DNA from: Bigelowiella natans CCMP2755
Taxonomy: Eukaryota; Protista; Cercozoa
Assembly (NCBI GenBank): GCA_000320545.1
Contig: ADNK01001574.1
Coordinates: 25,738-89,737 of the forward strand
Direction: 5' to 3'
DNA length: 64,000 nt
A model generated the notes under the pieces. That model searched no databases. It saw only the letters and a list, made by a program, of their open reading frames with translations, and was not told the origin of the DNA. Numbering within the stretch: the first letter of the stretch is position 1; each line of letters begins with the position of its first letter. Below are positions 1-14,734 of the stretch, piece by piece. Both the position numbers and the translations under genes were made by a program.

Positions 1-1575
1 CGTCAAGGATCAGCAGAATATTTGCCGACTAGGTTATTATCATCACCCTCACCACCACCACCACATTATCATCAATATCATCATCAGCGCCGATATATCT
101 ACTACATGCATCTGGCCACCTGGCTCTGCCCTATATTTTCCTCTTTTATCAGCTTTGTGAACAAGGAAATGCTACATTTGTACAAACAAACAACAAAATC
201 GACAACATTCAAAATAATAACAAATACTAATAATGACAACAACAATAATCGGACTACACCTACGAAGCGAGCCAATCGTTTCAACTGAATGGTTGTGTAC
301 TTGGTGGCATAATTCCTCAAATTGCCTCACCACGCACTACTCCTACAACTACTAGTACTACTACTACTACTAATAATAATAATAATAGTAATCACCTCCC
401 AGAATGGACAAAGGGAATGGTGAATGCAAGCCAGCAGCACCCAATATAAAACATCCTAAAAACGAAGAAATTGCTATGAGTGCTGACGCAACCTCTGTTG
501 CCTTTTATGAGGCGAGAAAGAACAAAGACATGTGAGCAGTAATAGCACCATGATGCCATCGTTGGAACCCATAACACGATCGATACAATGCAGCCTGATA
601 TTATCAAAGATGGTAGCGATGATGATGATGATGATGATACAACTTTAAAGAGAGGATGCACAACTACTTCTACTACTACTGCTACAACTACTATTAAATC
701 ATCATCTTCATCATTGCTGCTGCTGCTACTAATAACAGCATATGATTTCTTACAGTTAGAAATCGTAATCATCATCAGCATCAACATCATCAATAATCAA
801 TGTCGGTAACATCGCCTCTCTCCTATCACCACCACAACCACAACCACAAACACCACACAATCTGACGATGCCTTGACGACCGGATATCTGCAATGTCAAC
901 CCTATGAACACCAAGGCCGCATCGGTGTAGCACTTGGACAGCATTTCGGCCACAAAGGCGCCGATAATCAACGACGCTGAGATCACAGCAAAGACAATGC
1001 TGTTACGAAGAGGCCCCCACGCAAATGCCTAGATGATGTAGTAAACAAACAACAGGGAAGTCACCAAAAGAGGAGCGGGGGGGGGAGGGAGGGAGGGGGG
1101 GGATAACAACCTCAGAATAATACTAACAGGAAGTAATGCAGGATATTGAAAGAGAAAACCAACACTGCAAGATGGTTAGCGTGATACGAATTATATTATA
1201 TATCAAAATATATAAAATATATGCACATGTGATGTAGTAGTTGTTTTTGTAGTAGTATTAGTATTAGTAGAAGTAGTAGTTAAATATTCTTCTTCCGTTT
1301 CAATAGCTCTACTACTACTACTACTACTACTACTACTATGTTCCTATCCATAAGCTCTACTACTAATACTACACAGACACACTCCTCCTCATTCTCCTCC
1401 TCGCTTTGAGTTGTTGCATTGTCGTATCTCCTATGATACTCGAGGGAATAACTACTACTACTACTACTACTGCTACTGCTGCTGCTACCCTTTGGGTGAC
1501 GGGGGTTAGAACCGTCTCGAAGCTGCCGAGAAAGAAGAAGGAACACCATTGAATAAAGAATACCTCCTGCAAAGT

Positions 1576-1620
<45 letters not shown>

Positions 1621-3371
1621 TAAGCAGATAGACGATAGACTGATCAGTTTATAAACAGATCTTAATTCAGAAGCAAAAGGACTGCTGCTAGTTTGATGTC
1701 CGATTCTCATTTTCGTCGTCAATCATCCCTTCTCTGCATTAATAATTACCAGAAGTATCCGTCTATACTCGAAGTTAGACATCGACTTTGTAGAATTTTG
1801 GCACGCTGAGTGCTCGCTATTTATTGAGTAATAGTTTGTTACTCTGCTATCCGGATTGCTGCTATTCTGTTGTTCTTGGTCCTCTCCTTTCCCATCATAA
1901 TCCTTGCTCTCACCACCACCAGCCCCCCCATTGTTTCTAGGTCGTTTCCTGTTCGTCGGCTCCTCGAGAATGATGTTGATAGCGATTAACAGTACGAGAG
2001 CCCACAAGCACATGAAATATCTGATGGGTAAATGAATACATATATGCAGAGGTGGTCGTCATCCATTGTGCTCTCTCATCTTCATTGGTGGGAGGAGTGT
2101 TATTGTATTATGAACGAGGTAATATCAAATGATTTCTTCTTTTATAACCCTGGGGCAGTGACAGCATTCATCCACGAATTTCTTGGTAATATGTGCGGCT
2201 CGAAAGTGCTCTTTTCCCAGTCGTTGATATGGCTGCTCTGCTTTGCACCAATGATGGTTTGCCCGCTGCTACTACTGCTGTTTTCAACCGACCCTGCATC
2301 ATCGAGAAACGAGAAGAGTAGCTGAAATGCAGGACCGAATACCATTCCTAACATCCGTGGAATCTGTGAAGGGGAAGGAGGAGGAAGAGGAGGAGGAGGA
2401 GAGAAAAGAGAAATAAAATGAGGAAACCTACAGTAGAATCCTTTCCACCATGTTATCAAATGCAAAACAAATGTTTCGTAATACATCATCATCATCTTCT
2501 ATCCATCCACAAGTGAAGTGGGGATCCCATACCTGCATTCTCATGATCCATCGTGTACGATCTTCTTTCCTCGTCACTCTTGCTGTATATGAGATGGCAA
2601 GGTCGACATTCGATCCCCCTATCCCTGCCAGTGCTCTTCCCATTATCAGTAACATGAGAGACCGCATTCCCCACGCACTTCCGTACATTGCCTAAATTAT
2701 TTGAATAGCCTCGTTATCAGTCACACACTGGGAAATGCCACTACATGACATACAGAAGTACATCATATGAAATAAGAAAGAAAATATGAATAGAGCAAAT
2801 CCAATTCATCACGGATTCGTCGTACGTTTCCAATGATGACGAAGGTAATAGTGACGTTGAAGATGCCACGGAATGAGAACTTGTCCGATATCCAGCCTGT
2901 AAGGAAGAAGTTGGTGATATTTAAGGGGACTGTGTTCAATAGTAGTCCTGTTGCAGTGTAAAACTTGCAAATATTCGTCAGAGATTATGGGAAATTACAG
3001 TGATTCCTAACCTGCAATGGGACGACTGAGCATCGATGCGACCGAGAACACCTGCATAGGTGTGCGTTAAAAAACATATCTATTCCACTCTTATTGAGGA
3101 TCGAGCATTGAGAATATCTTACAGATATGGAAACGGCGAAGGCGGTCTTTCCGCCATTAAGCCCCCCGACGTACGTGAGAAGAGAGGGCATGATAATACT
3201 AAGGTTATGTGTCAGGCATGATTTACCAATGCAACGTCTCAATAGAGTACATGGCTCATAAAGAAAGAACATATTCAGGGCAAAGTTCACGTACCTGTAC
3301 TCTACGCTTAACGTCATGATAATCCATCCGTTAAGAAACAGGGATCTGAGGTAGCGTTGCCCCTCCCCCAT
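1..3371 (-). CDS. Major facilitator superfamily transporter (MFSD8-like), multi-exon, 3' end runs off the window
   Basis: Exons translate to SIIMPSLLTYVGGLNGG, GWISDKFSFR (MFS motif A-like), LLIMGRALAGIGGSNVDLAISYTARVT (motif B-like), RMLGMVFGPAFQ and further hydrophobic segments. The true start may lie in an upstream exon near 3480. Confidence 0.85.
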
Positions 3372-4118
3372 GATTCTCTCACCCTACTCGATGTCAAATT
3401 TAATGAGTAGGACTTCCGTCTTTGGTCTTACAATTTAAGCTCATTTCTGGTAGATGTTTTCTCTTGACTAATCCTCATGCTCCAGCGTAAAGCACTTTTT
3501 ATTGCGAGAGTCTCATATCTACAGTTGTCGCAAACTTAAAAAACTGGAAACCGAGAACATCTGAGATTTCTTATCCGTTTGGTGTTATATCTTAGGAGCA
3601 TTTGTGAACACCAGGTGCTCTATTAGTAAGAACGGGTTGCGATAAATCTTAATATCGAACATTCCGAACAAGATATTTCAAATATGATCTGATATTTTCA
3701 CATGAGACAAGGAGACGGAGATCAGTATTACGTGTGTTGTCGCAGGATAAAATCGCTGTGCTCACGTATAGTTTTTCGTTGTCGCAGGAGTGAAAACAAG
3801 CACGCTTTTCGCACACCGTTGAAACTACGAGCAGGAGCTCCTGCCCCCTCCCGTGTAATGTGCAGAAATTAACAAGATAGGCAGCAATGGTATAGTTTGA
3901 TCCGAAAATATTATTCAACACATTCTGTTAGTGTCCTCAAGAGTTTGTTGCTGTGATACCTTTTTAATCGACACTTCCTTGGCTCTTTGAGCAAACGTTT
4001 CGACCTACCCTCCCCCAATACACCTCACACCATTTTCGGCTTTAAGTACACCGCCACTTTTCCCAAAATATCGTTGGACATTCTCATGGGCATCCTGAAC
4101 CAATAGTCCCACATCTAG

Positions 4119-7100
4119 ATTTGTCAGAAGGCCTGAATTAATCAGTGATACTGGACAAATAATTATCCTTCCTTATCTGGTAGTCCCCATACAGAGATTG
4201 ATCTAGCACTTGCCGAAGAAAAGCGTGCTAAAGATTGCCATGGAAAACGGACTTCTAAGCCCGGCACATGAGATTTCGAACAGTGCATGCACAGGTCCCG
4301 TAGTACTGCCCTATCCAGAACGGAGCAAAAAACTGTTATTCACTGCGATTAATAATGTTCTCACAGGTCAGTTGCTTCGAAAGTGTCCGAAAAGGGTGCT
4401 AGGCAAGCGTGTGTGGCAAAAGCGCTTCTTTGTATTGGAGCCAGAGAAGAGGACAATTGCCTATTATGCTAACTCGAAGACAGGAACAATGTAATTTGCG
4501 TATCAGTTGGTCATTAGGAAGCTAGTAGTTAGTATTACAAGAAGAGGGAAGAAGGAGATTGGTGGGCATGCTAGGGCTGAGTACAATCTAGATAGTCCTG
4601 TTTCAAAGATTAAATTTCATGGTAACTGGTTTTGTTTTTTTGAAGGCCAATGGGAGTAATAGCTGTACAAGCTATACGCGGTGTCAACAATGTAGAGGAG
4701 AGTAAGAAGAACTACACCTCTCGATTCACAATCGACCTTACAGGTAATAAATAACGAATGAATGATTTGAAACCCATCGAAGCAGCAGCAAGAAAAGTGT
4801 AGAGTATGCTCCCACTTCACTGTGTCTAATTGTAATCATCACCCCAATAGGAGATTGGTTGTTTGAGCTCCGCGCTCAGTCCCGAGCCGAGAAGGAACGA
4901 TGGTTACTGGCCGTCAAGGATATGCTCAAAGTGATGATATTACCCTTCATTCAAACTCAAAAATATATTATAAGAGTATAATCTCCTCATCTTACTTTTG
5001 TGGTTTGGTGCTTTTCATGCTGTCTCCCATAGGAAAACGTGGAGTTTCGCCACATTTTAGAGAAGTTCAAACACTCGAAGGTATGGTGCTCTCACCCAAA
5101 CTATCGTAATTCATATTGCATCGCGTGAGAGAAAGAATATCAACAAAAGATCACAGCTGGAAGCTGATGAATACTAATGCCGTCTACATATATATAAACT
5201 GCAGTGTGCACGTATGTATCAGTGTGTCTTTTGCCATTCACAAGACATAGAAGGACATCTCAATAAACTGTCCTCTGCATGATATATTCCTTCTCGTTAG
5301 TATTGGAAGCCAAGCATTTACCAGAAGCTGGCAGATGACATAGAGAAGGAGCGAAAGAGAACACAGAAGATCTACGGTACATGAATAACATACAACGCCT
5401 TTGTCAGGATATCAACAACGCAATGGGTTACAGAAAAATGGATTTCTTCTCACTCCAAATTGCAGATGATATTATTCAGAGTAGCATGTAATAGCGTATG
5501 TCCTTGCCATCCTGTTTTTTGGTTTGTCCCTTCTCCTCCCAGATGCTGATGCGAAGAAGGCTACGAAAGACTCACACAGACGGTATGTGTACTACGTGCC
5601 ATAGTAGGAGATAGAGAAGTAGCTTCACGGTATTATCGATAGTATCGAAGATGAGCATGAGGATGAAGAGGATGACGACGAGTGATGATGGTGATGATGT
5701 TCATGTGAAAAATTGGTGTTGCACTGAACGCGAGCTGTTATATATCATATTGTAGTAAAACCATTGCCCGTGAAGTCCAAAGCGCCGTAGAGTCGTATGC
5801 CGGCGTTAGCCGAGTCAATAGCCAGAGGTACAAAGTCATTACATCTATCATAACAACGATGGTAGCAGTAGCATTCGCATCGGGATCCCCTTATTCTATA
5901 GCATGTGCACACACTATGAGAGAATCTTGGGGTTGAACGATTTGAATCCTCATGAAAATTAGTGTGTAATGCCTCGTTTCGCCACCCCCCTCCCCTATTC
6001 CTGGCCTCCCTTTTCTCTTATTTTGTTCGTTAGGAGATCGAAGATCGGTGGGATGGGTGAGTAGTAGATCCCCTTATTATTGATATTTGCGTAAGTGCCT
6101 CGTTGCATCTTAATATATTATTAAGCTATGTTTATTGCTCTCGGGTTAGCAAGTCAATGCTTTCTGTGCTCATGCTTTCTTTTTGCTTTTTATCGTCGTA
6201 GTATCAGAGGTAGGTGGCTCGCATTCAAGGCAGATATCAGGTAGGGGGGGAGGGGGCCAACGGCATTACAATCTTGTTTTTTAAATTTGAAGGAAAGAGA
6301 GGAGGAAAAGGAGAAGGATCGAGGAAAATCAGCAGAATATACACCTCCAACATCATTAGAATAGTGATATCCTGATGACGACGAAGTATGCTATGCCTCT
6401 GATAATTTGTGATATCTTCCTTGTTTTAGAAGTATGGTTTGTGTGATTATTCGTTTGTAGGCCTGCCCCCGAAGAAACGACAACAAATGAAGTCGCTGCT
6501 GTCCGTTATCCAATCACGGGAAGCAGTTCCTGGTTTAAGAGACTCCATGTAAGTTTTTAGGCCAACGATAGAAACCTAACCATGCCACCGACGATGAAGA
6601 CGATCATAAGGGAGGAAACACTCCGATGTATGTTCGTTGCTGATCTCTCGCAAACACCTTCTTCTTCTTCTTCTTCTTCTTCTTTGTCTTCTACGTATTG
6701 TCGTAGGCATTCATCGCAAGAGGCAGGCCGTGCAACGGGGGTTGCATCAACAATTTCCCATAACGACACGCTACAAATGATGAAGAAGGATCGTAGCAGC
6801 AGCAGCAACAACAATAACAACAATAGTAGTAATGATAGTAATAATGGTACGTTGAAAGGGAGATCACCTTTGGCAGACGTTACTCAGAAAGCTAGCAAAG
6901 GAGGAGGGGGGGGAGAAGGAGGAGGTGACGCGAGAGGAAAAGAAGACGGAGGAGGAGGAGAAGGAGGAGGAAGCAACGACAACAAATTAAGGTTCGTCTC
7001 CGATAATAAGCAGCCCAAAGAATAAAGTACAAAAACATGAACAACACACATACGGAGGAAGGAATTCGGAATAGTTCTCAAAGACAATAGCTGTGGGAAA

Positions 7101-8193
7101 GTGCCAGATTGTTCCATAAATTCCAACCACCAAAACGCCAAAACGTCCTTTTATCATTTTGGCAGATTCTTCCTCTTTTTCCTCATGATCTCCGTACTGT
7201 GATAGATAGAAATAAGCGCTGCTATTTCATTGGCCATCCACAACAGGCATTCCCGTGGGCGCAGTCGTGGAGCTCTTACAACGGATAATAATAACCGATC
7301 TCCTCGCAGTAGAAGCCACTCAAGATCTCGTAGTAGCAGAGGTAGTAGTAGTAGTAGTAGCAGTGGTGGTAGTTTTAAGTCTAGTTAGTGGTAGTATCCA
7401 TAGCAGCTGTCTGTAGGGGAGGGGAGGAAAGGAAGAATACAAAGCACGAGGAGGAGTCGTTCTGCTGCCATCTACCACCCCGCTGCTTTGCGTATTTAAC
7501 GATACTAGGTGTATGGTAATAGTAGCTTGCAGAGATGTGGCTTTGGGAATCGTCGTCGTCTTCGTCTATCTCTTTTAATCCGCCATCATCATCGTTATCA
7601 TTATCATTGTTAGGTAAAAGTAAGGGTGGTGGTGGTAACGGTGATAGAATCGTGGCAGCACCAAACCAACAGCCGTTTGAGATCAAAATGAGTGAGGTCG
7701 TGGGTTCTCAGCAGCAGCAGCAGCATCATCGTCCTATTGTCAACATCAAAGCAGGTGACAGCAGCAGAAGAAGGAAAAGAAGAGGAAAAAAAAAACAAAC
7801 TAAAACCTGATGAGACGCTATGTAAAGAGGCGGGGAGATCGAAGCTTTTATTTCTCATGCAACCCAATTAACGCAACATCCACATAACCAAGAAATGCTT
7901 GTTTGTTATAATATTAACATACAAATACGTATGCATACATGTTCGTGGTTGTTTGCTGCTTGATTATATGAATAGAGGCCTCCTTGTGAAGTGAATCGTC
8001 ATCTATCTACATTCTGTCGTCATCATCATCCTTCTCACGCAACAACCAATAGGACCTGCGGAAACGCCATTCCCCACGAAAAGTAGGACATCGTCAACTA
8101 ATCATAGGACCGACGATAATAAGCTGCCGCCATCATCATCCTCCTCCGGAATCATGCCGAATCCGGTTAAAGGTTTGTATCGCTCTTCCTCTG

Positions 8194-8242
<49 letters not shown>

Positions 8243-9984
8243 ACACACACACACACACACAAACAAATCCTTCTTCCTCGGATGCCATCATCCTCTTCTG
8301 TCACAAATTGACTACTAATATGAATATCATGCTGATGGTGATGATGATTCTGATGTGTATAGGCTACAACAACAACTCCAAGATTCCATTGATCGTCAGC
8401 GAGCAGCCACAGCAGCAACAACGACAGCAACATCGTCATCATTATCTACGCGGCCATAGAGCTCCCAACTATGACAACATGATCAGTAGCAATAATCTCC
8501 ACACGCGGCTTCAGCAGCCGATAATACTAAACAGCGGTATAAATCTAGACGACCAGCTGCTGCACACGGGGGGGGGCAGCACCCTCATTACCACATCAAC
8601 CCAGCCCGGTAATAATACAAGCTCTTCACATAGCAATGAAGCACATCCAATGCAGCCACGGCCTAATCACCACCAGCAGGTAAAAAAGAAGATCAAACGC
8701 TACTCACTGAATAACCACAGGAGGAGGAGGTTGAGGGGGGGTAGGAAGAGAATGGGAGTTGGCAAAAAAGGAACAGAGATATTATGATAGCAGAAATAGG
8801 ATGTGGCCAACAGCACAATGTTTGACAAAATAACCAATCGATTCTTCGGTTGATTAAGCAACAGCTGCAACGCCGATTGATAGTTATTGCTTAAATAGTG
8901 AGACAGTATTAGCAAGTATATGATTACATTTTCTTATGACAAAAGTTGTGTGATTCTACACTCAGCAGCCGCGCGATCATAATCATCATCAAGCCCGAGG
9001 CGAGTCGTCTCCGATAAGTCTCGTCATCGATAAGGCAACCAGTATGCCGACCGCCACAAACAATGGGGAGGCGAATAGACATTCTCATAACCACCGCTAC
9101 GGTAACAAGGAAAGCGTGAGAAAGGGGGGGGGGATGGAAGGGGGGGCGGAAGAAGAAACAGAAAATCCTGACGCATCGAAGAGCAAGCGAAAAAAATGAA
9201 AAACGAATACTATACAAAGTGACTCAGTCCGTAGTACGAAAGTGGGGAAGATATTGATTGAGTTGCTGCCAATTATTATGTATTCTATTCTGATAAACAG
9301 CGGGAAATAGATGTAGCAGTATTCCTAGTGAGTGGGGTCCTTCTTCATCATCGTGATACCGAATAAATTAAATAAAGAATATGTATTTTAGAGGCCTGTA
9401 GCGACAACGCAAATAGCAGCAACAACAGCCAGCAACCTAGTCACATGGTAAGGAAAGTAGCGTCATTACTATTAAAAATCGTGGATATTGTGGTGATGCT
9501 GCTGCTACTGCTGAGAGCACCATACTGCTAAATGCCACGCAGCAAAGCGCACATGCTTACTAATATCGTCTACTTCCTCCTCATCCTCATCAGCGTCTTT
9601 TGTTGTGTGGTTGATGTTAATCAGAACAACCACCATCGAGGCCGGAGGTCTCGGGTAGTATCAATCGATGCATTCGACAAAGTCCTGACGAGGAATAGGT
9701 CCGATTTCGCTGCTGTGTGTCGTTGTAGGCTTCTCCTGTTCGCGTGCTTAGATTCTTGATTGCGAGAGAAGGAGAGGCGGGGTGCTTGTCATGTCGCCAC
9801 ACATGTGACAATGATGACTACTTTTCAAACGTCGTGATATGAGAACTCCTTTGAGTTCCTCAGAATCCTTCAACACCCGTGTTTACACTGCGCCAAAATT
9901 GGCAGACGTCTCGAATATAAACCTACTCTCGCATCATAACTGCTCGTTAAAGTTGTTCGCATGAATTTTCAGCACTAGTACAAA

Positions 9985-10015
<31 letters not shown>

Positions 10016-10893
10016 GTCACCACCTGATTCTTGTTACTATCACTCCAAATCTCCCCGAGCATTTTTGGTCGATCAGCAAATTCCTTAGATCGTTCGAAAG
10101 TACACTAAAAAGAACCCTTTTATTTAATTTTACTTTCCCCTCCCCCTTTCACCTCTCCTCAGAACACACCGAAGACGTAGCATGAGCAATGTGGCCATGC
10201 AGCAAGATGATCAAAGAGGGAGCGCAGCAGCCCCAAGAATAGACAAGATACTCTTCTCAGAATCTGCAGATTCGATAAGAAGCTTTGGGAGGCTATCCGA
10301 GCAGGCACATAATAATAATAATAATAATGACGGGAAGGACAACATGCAACGCCTCTCCCGTTTTAGAGAATCGAAAGGTCAATCAACGAATAAGAGGAAT
10401 GAAAGGAAGAAGACCGTGGTGACGACGATAAATATAGATTATATTGGCTGTGGCTCGGTAGCCAAATCACTCCTACTTCTTGAAATACCCGCCTGTCTGT
10501 TGTCGTGTGATCTGCTTACGTGTGGGTGTTTGTGCGTGTGCGTGTGTGTGTGTGTGTGTGTTTGTGGATGTTCAATCTTGGTTTGCATCTTATTGATGGG
10601 TGGCTCTGGCAATGGTGCTGCTGTAACAGATTGGCCGCGGGCGAAATCGTCGGTTGTGAACTCAATTTCTACGTATGGACAACGATCAAGCTCCTTCATG
10701 AGGCCTAGCGTCGGATCAGAAGCAGGTTTGGGAAAATTTTATTCAATGATTGTAAGGATGGTGATAATGAGGAGAATGGGGGGGGGCAAGGATGTGACTA
10801 TTAGTGGATGCAAGTTGACTAAAATTAATGTTTCTTTTAGGCAATAAAGAGGTGCAGAGGCATGATATCGACCAAATGTTTAATGATCTCTGA
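4119..10893 (+). CDS. PH-domain protein with long low-complexity/disordered C-terminus, about 20 exons, 5' end uncertain
   Basis: GQLLRKCPKRVLGKRVWQKRFFVLEPEKRTIAYY ... FELRAQSRAEKERWLLAV is a typical PH domain. Downstream exons at 6461, 6707, 7210, 7533, 8053, 8363, 8966, 9392, 9625, 10162 and 10841 can be joined with mostly phase-compatible GT-AG introns to a TGA at 10891-10893. Joining them into a single gene is inference. Confidence 0.65.
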
Positions 10894-10899
10894 GAGTAT

Positions 10900-11520
10900 T
10901 ATTGTAATCTTTATCTCAACGCAAATGCAGTAGCGCGTGTACGTCTGTGTAGCACCCAATGCACCACATGCTGTTCAACAGAGGCACTGCGTACTTGTGC
11001 CTCGGTTATGCAAATCGCAACGACAGGCATGCATGTGCAGAATAATCGGGGTAGGGCTCAAGTGATTACTCGTGCAAGATGTGCGTCATGCATGCATTGT
11101 TGCATTGCGCGCTAGCGCGGGCTCGATTTCGACTTTGCGACCAGCATATATTTAGATGTCATGAACGCTAAACATCGTCGCATCGTAGCCTTCTTGCGCG
11201 TTGCGACATTGCAGAGTAGCCACCAAAGCTAGAAAGCAGCATCGTTACTGCTAAAAGCTAATAACTAGCAATAAAGGCTGGCGCATTCATCACAAGCCGT
11301 GCATGCCTATATATGCACGCGACTTATTATTGTGCCGTAATATTACGCTATAATTATATTATACATTAACGAAGACGTATACACATGGCTGACGCCCATT
11401 ATTAGACCATGACACGCACAGTAGCGGCGCAATTAAGCAGCATGATAATGTGCACGGGAATTGAATAAGTGGTAGTTCGTTCCTCTAGTATACAATAAAA
11501 TTGTACATTTAGTCAGCTAG
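10900..11520. other. Palindromic-tetramer-rich intergenic zone 1 (convergent 3' ends)
   Basis: Dense TGCA/CATG/CTAG/CGCG, e.g. catgcatgcatt and gcgcgctagcgcg; no exons or microsatellites. Confidence 0.65.
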
Positions 11521-11521
11521 G

Positions 11522-11922
11522 TCATGAGGGGGGGCGAGGTGGAGGCTTCTGCCGTTTAAATAGCTTACTAGGTTTTGTTGAATCAACCTCTCCCTTCAAA
11601 GCTGCTGCCATTCTGCTGCTGCTATTGGGATCTGATGTCTCTAATAAACTATTATTATCATAATAATCGCTTCTAATAGTTGCTTCATTTACTACTTGTC
11701 CACGTCTTCCGACCATCCAGGACAAGATCTGCAATTTTATGATTATTCCAATGAGGAGGAGGAGGATGAGGAGGAGGAGGAGGAGGAGGAGGAGGAGGAG
11801 GAGGAAGAGGATCAAGATTTGATGAAAATGGAGGGGGAAGCAGCATATCTTTTTGCATACGCACACGCACCATAAACACACAGCTACATAATATATGAAT
11901 TATATATGTAGAGAGAGAGAGA

Positions 11923-11958
<36 letters not shown>

Positions 11959-12968
11959 CTAAAGCACACCTTTCTGAAACGGCCGCGCAGTTCTGGACGC
12001 CTTCATATTCAAAGTAATCATCATCAAATTGACGTTTTTTATTCAAAGAAATCGTCTCGTATCAGCATCGATCTATTTGTTTGTGCGATAGTCGAATACG
12101 GGAACCATAGAAGAGTTGCTTTCTATTTATCTCCTTCCCCTCCCTCCTCATATACTCCCCTCTTTCGTCGTCGTCGTCTTCTTCATCATCACCATCGTCA
12201 AGAGACGCAATAAAATTGACCTAAAACTTGAAAAATAAGGGCGGGGGCGAAGGCTCGCATGTGCAAATATAGCCAGGCCTGTCCAAACCTACAAGGAATG
12301 AAGCGCGTCCGTCACAAAAGAAGTACATCACGAAGCTGAACACACGAGGAGACTTACTATTCCATCAAATGCGGATATGAAGCCGAGCTCATATGACACT
12401 AAACTCATGAAACTTAGAAGAGCGTAGTTTCCACAGTAGTAGCTCAAATTATCAGATATTCTGCAGTGAAAGGAGGACAGATCAGGCGCGACAAGATTGG
12501 GAAGATACGTGAAACACGCCAACACGCGAATAAGTAAAATGAAAGAATGGGGGCGATGTGCTCTTATTTGCATTGAAGTGTAATGATGATGATAATGATG
12601 ATGATGAGAGTGATGGCTGGTGTTAAGTGCGGACGATACATAAGTAGTGCGCTCGTGTTGCTACTTAAATACCTTTGGTTGAGTCGCTCTGGGTCTTTCC
12701 ACGCAGCAGTGTTGAATCGGAACATAAATTCTCGTAACGGTCGGACGCTGCCAAAAGGAAGAAAGCGCAAGAATGTGACAATTGTGTACATGACAATCAT
12801 AGTTGTCGCCTTGTACAGTATGGCAATAAGGGAATGATCCGTACTTGATGGATGGAGGAGATTGGGAGGCAGTAGGGAGTGGGGATCCAACAGCCGCATG
12901 CCTTTCACTACTTGTTCTGGAAACTACGACATGACAGCACCAGCAAGCACAGTGAGGGAGAGAGAAAT

Positions 12969-13009
<41 letters not shown>

Positions 13010-13329
13010 CTTCTCGGAAATCCAATCATGGTGTTTACTGAACTCTCCATAGTACTCTCTCTACGATAGGCAAGTTACAAATCCAATTACGTATATATAT
13101 TCCGGCTCTGCTACCTACCGCTGCTGTGTCTTGATAGAGGATGATTTCTGTCGTCGCCATTTCCTGCCCCGCCCCTAATCGTGAAGATCTTGCTTCGCAC
13201 CCAGCGGTTTCGAGAGATTCCCGCCGCCGCTACTGCCGCTACCGCTGCTTTCGCCGCCCCCGCTATGTTGTTTACCAGCAAAAAAACAACAAATGCGCGA
13301 GCAGAGCATCGGCGACGCGGATGATTCAT
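11522..13329 (-). CDS. PRA1-family (prenylated Rab acceptor-like) membrane protein with N-terminal signal-like extension
   Basis: SVRPLREFM and RISDNLSYYCGNYALLSF resemble the PRA1 RPWxEF and RxxxNLxYYxxNY motifs, followed by hydrophobic segments. The N-terminus has a hydrophobic stretch followed by IRGG. Confidence 0.6.
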
Positions 13330-13499
13330 CCGGAGCGGAGGGGGCTGCCACCACTTCTTCTTCTTGACTGTGCGAGTGAGAGTTGGATGTTCGTTTGTTT
13401 CTTTTTTTTTTGTGTCAATGGCATTATTATTAAGCGGGACATTATCCGGTTGTCGCAGGAAGAATGTCGCAGCCTTTTCGGGAAAAGTAGTGTCAAAGC

Positions 13500-14550
13500 A
13501 AAATTACACAGCAGCTTCAGAGCCCAAACTTGCACTGGTGCATGTGTGTGCTCGGTCGTCGACGTCACGATGTGCAGTTTGCTTGGTTGAACACACATGG
13601 TGAAAGACAACTTTGCACTTGATTTAGTTTTCACAGTTCGCTCACTCACCTCCTTGTGAATGTCCTTGCTCCGCCAATGAGCCCGGCTAGCCGGTCTGTT
13701 TTGTTCTTGGATGGTCGACAGGTTTCATCATGGTTGCTTTCGTTCACTTTGCGACGTGTGCAAGCTCATGTCATCAAGGCCAGCTAGCTTCATTGCACGC
13801 GCGCATGCACAGTCGTGCACCAGTGCAGTGTGGTGGCTGCCGATTGGCGCGTTTTTGCGCCCTTCGACTTCTTCGATTTGCACTGCTGACTGCGCATGCG
13901 TTCCAGAAGTGTGCGCGGCACGTGCAAAACTCTGTCTAGTGCTAGAAATTGCCTCCAGCCAGAGCACATGCGCTAGCATGGACTGCAAGTAGTAGCAGAG
14001 GGCAGCGGAACCCACAACACGCTAGCACCTGCGCACGCGCACACACGACCGCCATGCTAGCATGGCAGCCTAGCAGCGACAGATCGGACAGCGGATGACA
14101 ATGATGACACCTGACATGACTCAAATGGACACAAACCAATGAGACTTGTTGAGCGCTGTGGCCGCTACTTTGCATGCATGGCTACATTAGGATGCCTGTT
14201 GAAAAGAAGTGATCCCTTCACTGCGTCCGTCTCACATGTAATTTGTTGCATGCTAGCTGCTAGCTAGCTTGTGCGCACCACATGCGACATTGAAGAATCT
14301 CTAGTTCTAGCTTGCTAGCTCGGTTAGATCGATCTATCTAACCTGCACATGCCACCGGTAAGTCGCATCAGCATTCCGTCATAGCAAGATAGGAGTGCGA
14401 TGGAATCAGGAAAAAACACCACAGCTAGTACAGCCGCGATGCACAGTGTGCTGGTGTGCTAGCTGCGCAATTCGATTGGCTACTACATCAGCAGCACATC
14501 ACCATGCATATCTAACACTTCGCTATGCACATGCTAGCATGGCTAGGTGA
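13500..14550. other. Palindromic-tetramer-rich intergenic zone 2
   Basis: GCCATGCTAGCATGGC at 14051-14066, CATGCTAGCATG at 14530-14541, gctagctgctagctagct near 14250, many TGCA/CATG. Confidence 0.7.
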
Positions 14551-14628
14551 CAATCAACTGCATTATTTGGTCCAGTAGTCGGCATACGCGCTCCGATCGA
14601 GACATTTCTTCGTTATTGTGTTTTCTCA

Positions 14629-14734
14629 ATAATAGACACAGCAATACACTATATATATTATATATATTGTGTATTCGAGCCATACTTATAATAGACACAG
14701 CAATACACTATATATATTATATATATTGTGTATT
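14629..14734. repeat. Two 47-bp direct repeats (period 59), each containing a hairpin
   Basis: ataatagacacagcaatacactatatatattatatatattgtgtatt at 14629-14675 and 14688-14734; the stem gcaatacac/gtgtatt(gc) flanks an AT run. Confidence 0.9.

Noticed and set aside
6549-6560. Apparent 12-nt intron gtaagtttttag that would remove an in-frame stop
   Set aside because: The same donor joins in phase to a normal acceptor at about 6706 after a pyrimidine tract, and 12 nt is below known spliceosomal intron sizes.
14629-14734. CRISPR-like repeat-spacer
   Set aside because: Only two units, a 12-bp spacer, eukaryotic context and no cas genes.
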